DNA from: the human T2T-CHM13v2.0 reference genome, Homo sapiens
Assembly: GCF_009914755.1 (NCBI RefSeq)
Contig: NC_060935.1
DNA: 64,000 nucleotides
Direction: 5' to 3' (one strand)
Below, one piece after another: positions 1 through 24,293 of this stretch. Numbering within the stretch: the first letter of the stretch is position 1; the number at the start of each line of letters is the position of its first letter. The position numbers and the translations under genes were made by a program. A model generated the notes under the pieces. That model was not told where the DNA came from, did no database searches, and was given only the letters and a program-made list of their open reading frames with translations.

Positions 1-360
1 CCTGTCCTTGGTCGTGTCTTAATGAAGAATTGAAAATAATAAGGGGTGGAGAAATAACTTTCCTTTTTCTCCCACCATCCTCCCACAGTGTAAATAAACA
101 AATAACTCTAAGCTCGATTTCCTCATTTGTCAGGGGTGGGGAAAGACTTGACATCAGGACTCTTCCATTCCATCGCCACCTGTCTTAATTTAAACATTCC
201 CATGACCCACCCCAGAAGCGCCAACCTCCCGCCCACAAGGAGCATGGAAGTCTTGGTTTCTGGCTACTGCGCAGACTCCACCTTGGACCTACTCCCCAAC
301 CCCCCGCCGCTCCTTTCCCCGTTTCTCCAGCAGAGGGCGCAGGCCCAAAGGTTCCGCCGA

Positions 361-405
361 CCCCGCCCCAGCCTGGCCCCGCCCCGCCCCGGCGTAGGGG
401 CGGGG
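361..405. promoter_or_regulatory. Cluster of Sp/KLF GC boxes
   Basis: CCCCGCCCC at 361-369, CCCCGCCCCGCCCC at 377-390, GGGGCGGGG at 397-405; another GC-box-like run near 558-571. Binding is inferred from motif only. Confidence 0.65.
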
Positions 406-660
406 AAGACGGGCACAGAAACCTGGCCGCGGCTTTCCGGGAGCTGTGGGCACGCGAGCTGCTCGAAGCCGGTGGCCCGGGGATCGTCGCTGCCCAGTCC
501 GGCCGCGGCCGGCCGCTTCCCCGAGCTTACCAGTAAGCCGGTCCGCCTCCGGGACGCGCCCCGCCCGCCCCGGGCTCGCGCGCTCTGAAGGGGCGCGTCC
601 CGCGCACTCCCGGCGCCGCCCACTCCCCTCCCCACGGCCGCTCCTCCCTCCGCCCGGATA

Positions 661-1336
<676 letters not shown>

Positions 1337-2764
1337 TAGGTCACGGAATTGGCCTGGGAGGTTAGCAGGGAGGGGGTGAGGAAGAGTGATGTACCGGCTG
1401 GGGCTCTTGGCTGGGTGAGATCTGACTAGGGAATTAGGTTCATGGGCTCTGACTGAGGAACCTGGCTGGGGTCAGGACAGCTCTCAGGGAAGCTGTGCTC
1501 TGGGTGAGAGTATAGTCCTTTCTCATTAAGATGTAACACGAAGATAAAAGACATATTGATGTTTAAGTGAGGCAAGGAAAGAACTTTCCTCCCCATCTAG
1601 CGCCGGCTCAAGTTTTTTGTTACCCTCAGAAACACTGGATGTGATCCATTGCTGGTGCTGAGATATGCACTGATTAAACCACAAGTTCTGGTTAGAACTA
1701 TTATCTTCTGAAAGATGGACTGGCTGAGCCTGTTAAGCAGCAGCAGATTCTGACTTCTTAATAACTTCCTCCCTACTACATCGCTTGAGCTGGGTTCTTT
1801 TTTTCTGGTAACGGTTCTGACTCCTTATTACAGGTCCTGACTTTAAACTTGTTCGTTGAGCTTCTTTGATTACGCTTTTTTGTTTGTTTGCTTTTTGCAA
1901 GTGCGAACAAAAATAACTCCTTTATATTTAGCCACTAAGTTTGTCATTTGGGAGAATTTTACTTCCTTATAGTTGTGTCTATATGATGAAATGTAGTCAG
2001 TCTCAAGTATTTAACTGTTTAAGCAGTCGGACGCTTTGTCAGAATTCAATACGTTTTCTTGGTATTTTTCATATTCTTTAATTAATTACTTTGACAAAAT
2101 TCATATTGCGTATGAAAAGTGATTAGAAGTATCTGGCACGTTTTAAGAGAATGGTGTTATTTCCTCCAGGGTAAAATTTGGTTTTCTTTGGTTCCTCCCT
2201 GGGCCTCGGTTCCTCTTCTGTAAAGTTCTTCATGGGTTGCTTTGGACTAGAAACCGCTAATAAAATGATTATGAAGCACTTAGCCAATGTAATGTGCAAT
2301 TTAAATGCTTAATAAGTCCTGTGTGTGAATTAACACTCCAGTAGTGCATGCCAGTGGTTTCATAGCCACCTTTTTAGGGCTGGCTTTTCTCATGTTAAAT
2401 AATTGGTATTGTAATTAATGACACAAGTATTCGTGTGTTGATTATATTGGTGGTGTAGTACTAATTTTATTGTTAGAAATTATAATAAAATCCTTACAGA
2501 AAGTTTAGGTGTGTAAAGGAAACTTTAAATGTGTCGACTCCTTTAAAAAAAACACATCGAAGATATTCAAATGCTAAAGTTTGTTAGTTTGCTTTTTAGG
2601 GATTTATCGTTAAGGACTACAAATTTTACTCTGGCATAGAAAAAATACTTTTCTAATGAGTGTCTCGTATCAGACATGTGGGTGCAGTACAATCAAAATT
2701 GTGTTGATTAGTGGCCTCTGCTTAAGAATAATCTGTTTACTAAAGAGTTTCTGTATTCTGTATT

Positions 2765-3063
<299 letters not shown>

Positions 3064-3708
3064 CTGTATTCTTAAAGAATAAGAGTATTCTGTATTCTTA
3101 TTAAAGTGTTTCTATAAATACAGAGTAAGTTGTAGATAGTCCTATTCTACAAGGTAGCCCAAATAAAATCCTCCCTTAAGTCTTACTCCTTCATCTATTT
3201 AAAGTATGTGTATTGAATTTTGATTTATTCTGCAGAATGTTTAATTATTTGGGAAGAATAAAGAGGACTCAAAGTTTAGACTCAAATTGCTTTTCAGGTT
3301 TGATAGTTTCACGGAAAGTAGGCTTCTAGCTTTTCCCTTCCAGTGTAGGGAGAGGGATGTTTTATTTTTGTATTACTTGCCTCGGAAGTTGATTTTAATA
3401 CTGTCTGTTCCCCTCTTATCACGTATTTCTAGTTGCTCTGAAAACGTAGTACTTTCTAATGTGTTAGTCTGATACGTTTATACTGCTTTCCAGATTTTCT
3501 GAATACCTCTGTGATGTTACTAGATTGCACCATCTCTTTTACCCTTGATGTTTTGAGCATAAGGTGTCCTCTTTTTTCACTTTATTTTTATTGTTGAAAG
3601 TCTTAAATGTGTCACCACACCTTGACTTCATGTGCTATAAGTGGTGAAGAACCTACTGTCAAATCCACAGATGTCCCACACATTTAATTCTTTTTAACAA
3701 AATTTCTG

Positions 3709-4003
3709 GGCCGGGCCCCGTGGCTCACGCTTGTAATCCCAGCACTTTGGGAGGCCGAGGTGGGCGGCTCACTTGAGGTCAGGAGCTCCAGACCAGCTCT
3801 GCCAACATGGTGAAATGCTGCCTCTACTAAAAAATACAAAAATTAGCTGGGTGTGGTGGCAGACGCCTGTAATCCCAGCTACTTGGGAGACTGGGACAGG
3901 AGAATCCCTTGAACCTGGGGCAGAGGTTGCAGTGAGCCAAGATCGCACCACTGCACTCTAGCCTGAGCGACAGAGTGAGACTCCGTCTCAAAAAAAAAAA
4001 AAA
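3709..4003 (+). mobile_element. Alu (AluS-type), full length
   Basis: GGCCGGGC start, central A5TACA linker, poly-A tail. Confidence 0.92.
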
Positions 4004-4477
4004 GTCTGTTTAATTCTTTTAAATGACACACATTTAGTTCTAAGTCACCATCTCATACCTGCTTTATCTTTGTTGTTGAAGCTGGATGAATATTATTCCA
4101 GCCAACTCTTAATCAGTTTATTGAATTAGCACTGGGAGCTGTTAGTCTCTTTCCTTCCCCCAATATTGGATATATACAGATGGAAAAAGTTGGCATAAGT
4201 CATGGGTTCTGGTTAACATAGGCCCGATTTACTAATCCATTATGGAACTTAAACTTAACTGTTGGAAAAATGTTTGTGCTAGAATGCTTGTTATTAAACA
4301 AAAGTTAGACAGAGCCACTGGTTTTCTTTTTGCCACCCCAGGATATTGTAATAAACATGTGCATAAATACTTGTATGTGAAGTGGCTTGTAAGCCAAAAG
4401 ACAATTAGGCAGGGAGGAGAGGAGTGGGAAGTGGAGAGAAAAGAGAAAAAGTCACCTAAATTGGCCTTAAATGTATG

Positions 4478-5125
<648 letters not shown>

Positions 5126-5166
5126 TCAATTTAGTAAGAGACTTTAAATTCCATTATGAAATAGAA

Positions 5167-7487
<2,321 letters not shown>

Positions 7488-8069
7488 AAGAAAGTATTTT
7501 TAAAAGATGATTATTTCCTTCCTTCTAACTTTTCCTGCCTTACCCTATCCACCTTGCCTTCCCTGTGCCTCCTAAAAGCACCTTAGGAAACTTCCTGTAT
7601 TTTGGAAGTGAGATACACTTAGAATTTGCAAATTAGTATATAGCATTTAATTGGACTACTACTTCACTCCCTCCCTTCCTTCTTACCTTCCTGTGTTTGT
7701 GTACACAAGCATAGTGGTAGGTATTGTCACACTCTAGGAGATTACATTATAAATGATATATAAGTGATGTGACTATAGGAGAAATATGTCTGAAGTGATG
7801 AGGATCTCTTAAGTTTAAACATCTTTCTTCTGTGTGTGAAATGTGTCAATATTTTTTCTGTATTTATCTTAACCTCTCAGGATTGTAAAGTCCTTGAGGG
7901 TAGCACCTGTAACCTGCTTGTCTCCTGCAATATCCAGTTATGGAGCCTTCTGTAATAGTAGATACTTTGTAAGTTTTTTGGTTTTGTTTTTTTTAAAAAG
8001 GGATTTATTTATTTATTTTTTAGTACACTTGGAAGAGGGCCAAGCGGGTGACTTGAGACCAAGTGCCTA

Positions 8070-8918
8070 TTTTTATTTTTATTTATTTTTTACTTAAGAG
8101 ACAGAGTCTTGCTCTGATACCCAGGCTGGAGTGCAGTGTCACAATCATAGCTCACTGCATCCTTAAGCGTCTGGGCTCAAGCCTTCCTCCCGCTTTGGCC
8201 TTCCAAAGTGCTGGGATTATAGTCACAAGCCACTGCACCCAACTAGTAGTTGGCTTTGTGTGCCCCCAAGGAATAACTGCATGGAAAAGGTATGGAGGGG
8301 GGCATTCATCTTTTCTTTTTTCTTTTTTTTTGAGACGGAGTCTCGCTCTTTTGCCCCAGGCTGGAGTGCAGTTGCGTAGTCTTGGCTCACTGCAACCTCC
8401 ACCTCCTGGATTCAGGCAATTTTGTTGCCTCAGCCTCCTGAGTAGCTGGGACTACAGGTGTGTGCTACCACAGCCGGCTAATTTTTGTATTTTTAGTAGA
8501 GACAGGGTTTCACTATGTTGGCCAGGTTGGTCTCAAACTCCTGACCTTGTGATCTGCTCTCCTTGGCCTCCCAAAGTGCTGGGATTACAGGCATGAGCCA
8601 CCCCGCCCGGACTTTTTTTTTTTTTTTAAAGTCAGAGTCTCGCTCTGTCACCCAGGCTGGCGTACAGTCTCGGCTCAATGCAATGAGTGGCGTGATCTCA
8701 CCTCTGCCTCCTGGGTTCAAGCAATTCTAGTGCCTCAGCCTCCCAAGTAGTTGGGATTACAGGCGTGTGCCACCACACCAGTTAATTTTTGTACTTTTGG
8801 TAGAGATGGGGTTTTACCATGTTGACCGGGCTGGTCTCAAACTTCTGGCCTCAAGTGACTCGCCCACTGCGACCTCCCAAAGTACTGGGATTACAGGTGT
8901 GAGCCACCGTGCCTGGGC
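8070..8918 (-). mobile_element. Alu monomer plus two tandem Alus (8311-8611, 8612-8918)
   Basis: Reverse-complement Alu consensus with poly-T heads. Confidence 0.88.
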
Positions 8919-9799
8919 AGTAGACATTCTCTTGAATGATACTAAGATAGTGTTTAACTAGTATTATTCAATCAAATATCTGTTGTCTACTTAAAGGTTG
9001 GTGTTTCTTCAAATTATGTGTGCTAGTTACTTTGTGTGGTGATCATAGAGGCTTTTGTATACTTTTCCAGTTATACTTAATTTATGTTGTCCACTTCATT
9101 TTTTATTTTTTTCTGATCAGATAGTTTAGATTGTAGTTCACCTTTTAGCTTCAGTTTATTAACATCTCTCTCTCTCGCCCATTAGAGCTCCTTAGGACCA
9201 AGGCTTTGTCTTAACACAGTCCCTCATTTTCTGTCTAATTAATTGAGGGGATCTGGTAGGGAATTTTTTTTTTTTTTTTTTTTTTTTAGTGAGTGCTCAT
9301 TAAGGTAACATTTACTAAAAGAGGTTTTACCTTATAAAGGTAGTATTATAATTATTGTAAAACATGATTTGTGTTTTATGCCTATGAAAAGCTCACCCAA
9401 AGGATGTAAGATTCTTCATAATTCCTTAATGTAAAACATGAGCCGGTTGAGTATTTCATGTAATCAGCAGTAGGATTTTGAAAGGCATGTAGAATAAAAG
9501 TAGAGTTAGACCAGGGAAGAAGATTGTATGCTCTCTCCGTTTTGTGAGTTTGGTTGAAGTTTTTGCTGACTCTTGATATAGGAAAAACCTATTTTTAGTA
9601 TGTTTTCAGCCAGCAGTATACATATAATGAACCTGATAAATCATGGTCAAATTGGTCCTGGAGTCTTCGTCTTCAGCAGAGTTCAATGTTATATTCAAAC
9701 ATACAATAATATTTATACTGTGATAAGTAATTTCCCTAATGATTAACCTAGAGTGCTAAGAGCAAAATGGACTAAATATTCGTTTGAAAACAGCCTAAA

Positions 9800-10219
<420 letters not shown>

Positions 10220-10676
10220 TTAGAAGAGGGGCATTTAACAAGTCACTATGAAATATTTTCATGATTAGCAAATTTTGTGCTGGAAGAATATAGGTAGGAG
10301 TAGGCACCTGGAAGCCAGCGTCAGCTTTGTCCCCACAGTGCTCCTTCCTGCAGCAGCTTCCGCAAGGAGGGAGAGGGGGTGCTAATGATGGCACTGGTGG
10401 TGCACATCCACTGGGGATCCCAGCACTGGGGAGATGTGATGCCACTATCATAGATGGACCTGTGGTTCTCTCACGAGAAATAAGCAGCCCCTCTGGGTCC
10501 CCTCTCTGCTGTCTTTGGAATGGCTAGTGAGTCGTGTGTAACAGCCTCCACTGCCTGGGCACCTTCTCACAACCACCACTGTTTGCTGCCTTCCCTGTGG
10601 CTTGGATCTGCCATGGAGGAAGGACTAAAATGAGGCCAATTCATTGGTGCTTCATTGAGTGGAGATGGGATCCTAA

Positions 10677-11039
<363 letters not shown>

Positions 11040-11494
11040 TCTTGGACTTATTTTAAACAGCAGCACATAACTGTAGCAATCTTTGAGAAAACCAAAAACA
11101 ATTTATGAATCATAAAAGATACAGAACGAAATGTAGAAGTCTCCTTTTACCCCCATACCCCCAAATAACTACCCTCCCAAGAGGTATCTACTGTGTGTAG
11201 TTTGGGGTCCATTCCCTCCCATCTCCCTACCTGTCTTATCCTCGGTTACTCCGAGAAGGTTGGAGAAATAGCATTGATTGCCCTGGAATTATTTATATAC
11301 TTAAGCAAGTCGTTGACTTTTCAGCATGTCATCATGTTAAGACTGACAAGTAAGAACTAATAATTTGTTATATTGTAGAGCAGTTTACAATTTTACATCT
11401 GCAGATAAGTTCAATCTCAAAATAATGTGTCTTATTACAGTTAAACTGAGATTCAGATAGATTAAACAAGCTACTTAAGTCACCTAGCTCGTAT

Positions 11495-11783
11495 CTTTTT
11501 TTCTGAGACACAGTTTCACTCTTGTTGCCCAGGCTGGAGTGCAGTGGTGCAGTATTGGCTCACTGCAGCCTCCACCTCCTAGGTTCAAGCAGTTCTCCTG
11601 CTCAGCCTCCCGAGTAGCTGGGGTTACAGGCATGTACCACAGGCCCGGCTAATTTTGTATTTTTAGTAGACGGGGTTTCTCCATGTTGATCAGGTTGGTC
11701 TCGAACTGCTGACCTCAGGTGATCTGCCTGCCTTGGCCTCCCAAAGTGCTGGGATTACAGGCGTGAGCTACCACGTGCAGCCC
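11495..11783 (-). mobile_element. AluSp-like element
   Basis: Reverse-complement Alu with GGTTTCTCCATGTTG. Confidence 0.87.
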
Positions 11784-11848
11784 ATATTTTTGTTTTTTAT
11801 GTGGATCTTGAACTGATGTTCAGACTGTGTCAAGTAATTTCTTATAAA

Positions 11849-12010
11849 CCAGTACTTCTCAGATTTTATCATGAATTCAGATCAATTCAGGGGATCTTGT
11901 TAAAATACTGACTTTGAATAGGTCTGGAGTGGGGCCTGAGAGATTTTGCATTCCTAATCAGCTCTCAGGAGATGTCATTGCAGCAGACCCAGGTACCAGA
12001 CTTGATATAG
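11849..12010. mobile_element. MER5A-like hAT-Charlie MITE
   Basis: CAGTACTTCTCA...CTTGTTAAAATA...TAGGTCTGGAGTGGGGCCTGAGA...TGCATTCCTAA resembles the recalled MER5A consensus. Confidence 0.7.
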
Positions 12011-12158
12011 GAAGGCTGTATGCCACAGTTGCTTTTATTTTGGATAAGCTTGGCGGATTTTTTTTTTAAATAAATGGAAGTTGGGCATCTTATTTAAGAT
12101 TTTAATTATGATGTTCTTCAACTATGAAGGTAATACTTACTTTAAAATACAAATTTTT

Positions 12159-12445
12159 GGCTGGGTGTGGTGGCTCACACCTGTAATCCCAGCACTTTGA
12201 GAGGCCGAGGCAGGAAGATTGCTTGAAGCCAAGAGTTCAAGACCAGCCTAGTCGATGTAGTTAGAACCCCATCTCTACAAAATAAAAAATAAAAAAATTA
12301 GTTGGCCGTGGTGGTGAGTTCCTTTAGTCCCAGATACTCAGGAGGCTGAGGTGGGAAGATCACCCAGGAGTTTGAGGCTGCAGTGAGCTATGATCCTGCT
12401 ACTGTGCATCAGCTTGGGCAACAGAGTGAGACCCTGTCTCTAAAT
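12159..12445 (+). mobile_element. AluJ-like element
   Basis: Diverged Alu dimer with GAGGCTGCAGTGAGCTATGAT. Confidence 0.85.
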
Positions 12446-12798
12446 AAAGGAAAGGAAAAAGGAAAAGAAACAGCTGATTCTTAGTTACCTCAAGTGAAAA
12501 TTATGTTGACACTTTTCCACAGTCCCACTTAACATAAATGTAGTAGTTGCTGGGGAGTTAAAGATGACCCGGCACTCACACTTACAATTTGTGTGATACA
12601 ACTGAAGGTATGTAGAGGGCTCTGGGAACCCTCTATGCTATAGAGTCACTGGGGCTCATGAGGCAAACCATTAATCTCTGAGGAGACAAAAAGGGGATGG
12701 GGAGGAACTTTAGACCAGTCAGGCTCTTCTGTAATACCCTCATCCACAATTGTGTCTTAATTAGTGTATGGCATCTAAAAGTGATACTAAAACATTTA

Positions 12799-13979
12799 CA
12801 GTAGTCCCTTCATATCCATAGTTTCGCTTCCTGCTGTTTCAGTTACCTGTGGTCTGAAAATATTAAATGGAAAATTCCAGAAATAATCCATAAGTTTTAA
12901 ATTGTATGCTGTTCTGAGTAACGAGGTGAAATCTTGCAATCTTACGCTGCTTCTGTCCTGGGCATGAATCATCCCTTTATGCAGTGTAGATACATACTGT
13001 GGATATAGTAGTGTATCTACACCGTCTACACTACCCACCGGTTAGTCACCTAGTAGTCATCTTGATTCTTAGATCAACTGTTGGCAGTCTTGCAGTGCCT
13101 GTATTTGAGTCACCCTTATTTTGCTTAATGACCCTCAAAGCATAAGAGTAATGATGTCGGCATTTTAAATATCCAAAGAAAAGCCAGAAAATGCCTTCTT
13201 TAAGTGAACAGGTGAAAGCTGTTAAGAAAAGAAAAAACTCATATTCCGAGGTTACTAAGATGTACAGTAAGAATGAATCTTCTACTCATGAAATTCTGAA
13301 GAAAGGTCTGGGCTCAATGGCTCATGCCTGTAATCCCAGCACTTTGGGAGGCTAAGGTGGGTGTATCACTTGTGTCCAGGAGTTCGAGACCACCCTGGGC
13401 ATGTGGTGAAACCCTTCTTTATTTTAAAAAAAAATTTTGAAGAAGCAAAAAGAAATTTATACTAGGGCCGGGCGTGGTGGCTTACACCTGAAATCTCAGC
13501 ACTGAGGGAGGCTGAGGCTGGTGGATCACTTGAGGTCAGAAGTTGGAGACCAGCCTGGCCAACATGGTGATACCCTGTCTCTACTAAAAAATACAAAAAT
13601 TAGCCAGGTATGGAGGCGGGCTCCTGTAATCCCATCTACGTGGGAGGAGGCTAAGGAGAATTGCTTGAACCCAGGAGGCAGAGGTGGCAGTGAGCCGAGA
13701 TAGTGTCATTGCACTCCAGCCTGGGCACAGAGTGAGACTCTGTCTCAAAAAAAAAAAAAAGAAAGAAAGAAAGAAATCATACTAGGCTTGCTGTCATACT
13801 TCATGGCCCTGGTATATGATAAGTGCTTCATTAAGATGGAGAAGGTGTTAAATTTGTGGATGGAAGACATGCACAGAAACGTTTTCTGATTGGTGCAATT
13901 GGGTTTGGTATTATCCTTGGTTTGAGGCAACCACTGAGGGTCTTGGAATGCATCCCCCTAAGATAAAGGGGGACCACTG
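12799..13979 (+). mobile_element. MER44C-like Tigger7 deletion derivative with a transposase N-terminal relic, interrupted by a FLAM (~13305-13432) and an Alu (~13466-13775)
   Basis: TA-flanked ends CAGTAGTCCC...GGGGGACCACTG; degraded coding stretch reads PKKSQKMPSLSEQVK...[22 protein letters not shown] (pogo/CENP-B-type HTH). Confidence 0.78.
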
Positions 13980-14012
13980 TAATCTCTAGTTCATACTAAG
14001 TATTTGGTTTGA

Positions 14013-14985
<973 letters not shown>

Positions 14986-15333
14986 ATCCATATATAAAAA
15001 CTGCATGGTTAAGTTTTCAGAGCATACATTGTATTGAATGTATTTTTTCTGCAGTTGATGTGGTAGGTGAAAGTAATGAGATTGGTAATGAATTATAAGT
15101 GGCATGGTGTTTTTAATAAGTGCTGTTGGGTGATATTTGAGAAGTATACTGTAGTAACTACAATTCAAGAACCTGAATGGAGTTTTGAGAAATCAAAAAT
15201 TGAGAATAATAATTACAAGTAAGGCGTTTTTCAAATTATTGTCTAATGATGGGGCTATTGTCTAGTGATGACACTTTTTTTTTTCCTGTGATCAGTTGAC
15301 TTTAAAATATGTTTGTTAAAAAAAAGTATAGGT

Positions 15334-16151
15334 GGCCGGATGCAGTGGCTTACGCCTGTAATCCCAGCACTTTGGGAGGCCGGGGTGGGCGATCATTTGA
15401 GGCCAGGAGTTCGAGACCAGCTTGTTCAACATGTGAAACCCCGTCTCTACTAAAAATACAAAAATTAGCCGGGCGTGGTAGTGCGCGCCTGTAGTCTCTG
15501 CTACTTGGGAGACTGAGGCAGAGAATTGCTTGAACCTGGGAGGTGGAGGCTGCAGTGAGCTGACATCACACCACTGCATTCCAGCCTGGGTGACAGAGCG
15601 AGACTCCATCTCAGAAAAAAAAAAAAAGTATAGGTTTCCGGCTGGGCACCGTGGCACATCCTGTAATGCCAGCACTTTGCGAGGTTGAGGTGGGCGGATT
15701 GCTTGAGCCTAGGAGTTCAAGACCAGTCTAGGCAACATAGTGAGACCCCATCTCTATTTTTATTTAAAAATTAAACCAAAAACAAAAAAGGATGGGTTTC
15801 TGATTTGTCTTTGAAAAACAGTCATGAGTTTTCGTTTAAAAAAGCTTCACTATAAGCTGGGCACAGTGGCTCACGTCTATAATCCCAGCACTTTGGGAGG
15901 CCAAGGTGGATGGATCGCGAGGTCAGGAATTCGAGACCAGCCTGACCAATATGGTGAAACCCCCTCTCTACTAAAAATACAAAAAAATTAGCCAGGCGTG
16001 GTGGCGCATGCCTGTAATTTCGGTTACTTGGGAGGCTGAGGCAGGAGAATTGCTTGAACCCGGGAGGCGGAGGTTGCAGTGAGCCAAGTCGCGCCACTGC
16101 ACTCCAGCCTGGGCAACAGAGAGAGACTCCGTCTCAAAAAAAAAAAAAAAA
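15334..16151 (+). mobile_element. Alu 15334-15627, FLAM-like monomer 15640-15790, Alu 15855-16151
   Basis: Alu consensus; TSDs AAAAAAAAGTATAGGT and AAAAAAGCTTCACTATA. Confidence 0.88.
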
Positions 16152-16244
16152 GCTTCACTATATATTTATACCTGTTAAACTTCTTCAAGTTTCTGAGATG
16201 GAGTTTTTAAAATTTGAAGCTTTAAGAGACTTTAGAAATAAATT

Positions 16245-16365
16245 GATCTAACTCTTTCATTTACAGAGACCCGGAAGGGCAAATAACTTGCTTGAGGTTG
16301 TATAGCCAGTTAATGTCAGTCACCAGACTAGAGCCCAGGTCTCTGGACTTGTGCTCTAGTATCCT
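16245..16365 (-). mobile_element. MIR fragment
   Basis: CATTTACAGAGAC...AAATAACTTGCTTGAGGT...GACTAGAGCCCAGGTCT resembles the MIR core. Confidence 0.6.
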
Positions 16366-17260
16366 CCTCTCTTCTTGACAGGAGGTTAATATTCATCCTT
16401 TTAAATTATAATGACATTTTACATGTATAGCTCCACATATTGAATACTTGTTTTTGTAGCATAAAACTATTCATTTTTAACATGGGAAAACATTGAAAAT
16501 GAGAAATGCTTGTATCAATAAGTTGGAGTCTTTAGAGATAAAAAATATTTATTTTAGTCTTACATGTGTATGGTTTTCTGCCTAATTAGAAACACAGATT
16601 CCTTAGTGTTAGAAAAGATTCTGTATTCACAACAGCATTAGGCTTAGGCATTGTTGTTCTCTATAACTTTTTGCTCTTTAAAAGTTTAGCAATTTTCAAG
16701 CATAGTTTTATTCCTCTTTATTGTGATCATAACACTTTCCAAATTTTTTCTATTGACCATTGAGTCTTGGCAGAAGCAAAGGGAGGAGCTAGGCCAGTGA
16801 GAAAGCTATTATGAATGGAGTGCATGGCAGCTGTACAAGGATACTGTTGGTTTCCCGGAGCTAAGCACGTTTCTTTTTAACATTGTTCTGAGTGATGCTG
16901 TAAATGTACAGGCAGAAGTAAACAAAAGGCAGCCATTTTTGCCACTGCAGGATTTGGAATGCAAAATAAAGTTAGCCAAATGGAGGACAGACTAAGCAGG
17001 AAAATATTTGTATCTTTTAGAAATTTTTTGGTGAATTTTTGTTTTTTGGTTCATGTTTGTTTTTTGAAGGTTAACTATGACTGCCAGTTTAAAATTCACT
17101 AAATAATATAGGCAGATTGTTTGGGTTTTTGATGTTTGTTAACTATTGACTTGAATTATTCACACAGGGCCTTTAGGAACCATTTTTTAAAAGAGGTTAT
17201 ACATGATAAGGACTTTTTTTCCTTTCCAAAGAATATTAATATCGAGAGTATCAAGAGCAT

Positions 17261-18292
<1,032 letters not shown>

Positions 18293-18679
18293 AATTTTTT
18301 TTTGAGACTCTATCTCTTAAAAGATGAAGAAAAAAGAGTACCTACCTGTATATTCTTTGAGGTCTGTGTTAGTGTTCCATAGTTGAAGACTTAAGAGTTA
18401 GTGCAGTGCTGATTTCCCTGGTCATGATGATTCATTTTCAAAAGATCTTGAGAAAACCAGACATTTAGTATACAAATGAACTTTAAGAGGTGACATGCTA
18501 AAGAAGGACAAATAACACTTGTGGAGGGGACATGGTACTAGTTTAAAAATACTAATTCATGAAATGTTTTGGAAACATTTTGTGTTACATTGTGAGGGCT
18601 GATACATTGTCATGAACATTTATTGATTGCATATGATACAGGTTTTAGTTTAGTTTTTTGTTGTTGTTGAAGGGATGTG

Positions 18680-19360
<681 letters not shown>

Positions 19361-19418
19361 TATACCTTTTTTTCAGAGGTATTAGGCAAGTACTCCGTTT
19401 TATCCTAAACTCTTTGGG

Positions 19419-19449
<31 letters not shown>

Positions 19450-19450
19450 C
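19419..19450. repeat. (GT)12(GC)4 compound microsatellite
   Basis: Counted directly. Confidence 0.93.
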
Positions 19451-19464
19451 TTGTATGTATGCAT

Positions 19465-21155
<1,691 letters not shown>

Positions 21156-21388
21156 TGATTCAATCTGGTCAAAGTACTAAAATGTTATTTAGTCCTTTAA
21201 AAATTTAATTGAAAACTTAAAAACTTATAGCTTAGGCTTTAGCATAATGTCTCTTTGGTGACTTCCTTACCTGTTCCACAAATCTCTCTCATTACCTTCT
21301 CCACCTTGTTCACTATGCTTTAATCTCACTGACCTTTCTATTCTTCAAACAAATCTCAACCACTTACCACTTTAAGACCATTGAAGTA

Positions 21389-21758
21389 CAATGGTTTGAT
21401 GGTACGGTGGTTTGATTTGGGATTTTTCGACTTTATGATGGTGCAAAAGTGATAGCTATTCAGTGGAAACTGCGCTTTGAATATCCATATAACCATTCTG
21501 CCATTCTGTTTTCACTTTTAGTACAGTATTCAATAAATTACATCAGTTATTCAGCACTTTATAATAAAGTAGTAGGCTTTGTGTTAAGATGATTTTGCCC
21601 AACTCTAGGCTACTGTGTTATGAACATGTTTAAGGTAGGCTAGCTAAGCTATGATGTTTGGTAGGCTAAGTATATTAAATATACTATTGACTTATGATAC
21701 CTTCAACTTAGGATAGGTTTATTGGAATGTAACTCCATTGTAAATTGAGGAACATCTG
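21389..21758. mobile_element. MER47A-like Tigger MITE inserted in an L2 remnant
   Basis: GATTTTTCGACTTTATGATGGTGCAAAAG...GATGATTTTGCCCAACT...TAAGGTAGGCTAG...GAGGAACATCTG, TA-flanked; flanks end in L2-like ATATTTGTTGAATGAAT near 22325. Confidence 0.78.
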
Positions 21759-21898
21759 TAGTTGTTCGCTCTTTTTGGGCTACTCTTCTGCTGTAGCTGG
21801 CTTTTTTCTCTAATTTCAACTCTTAGCCTCAATGTCGCATCAGAAAAGCCTTATCTACTAGTCACCCAGCACTTTCTTATCATATTAGCCTATTTTAA

Positions 21899-24293
<2,395 letters not shown>

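Noticed and set aside
127-661. ORFs 127..588(+), 264..635(-), 446..661(+), and similarly 527..928(-) and 975..1235(-)
   Set aside because: Low-complexity Pro/Arg/Gly/Ala translations of a CpG island; stop scarcity is explained by GC content and no domain is recognisable.
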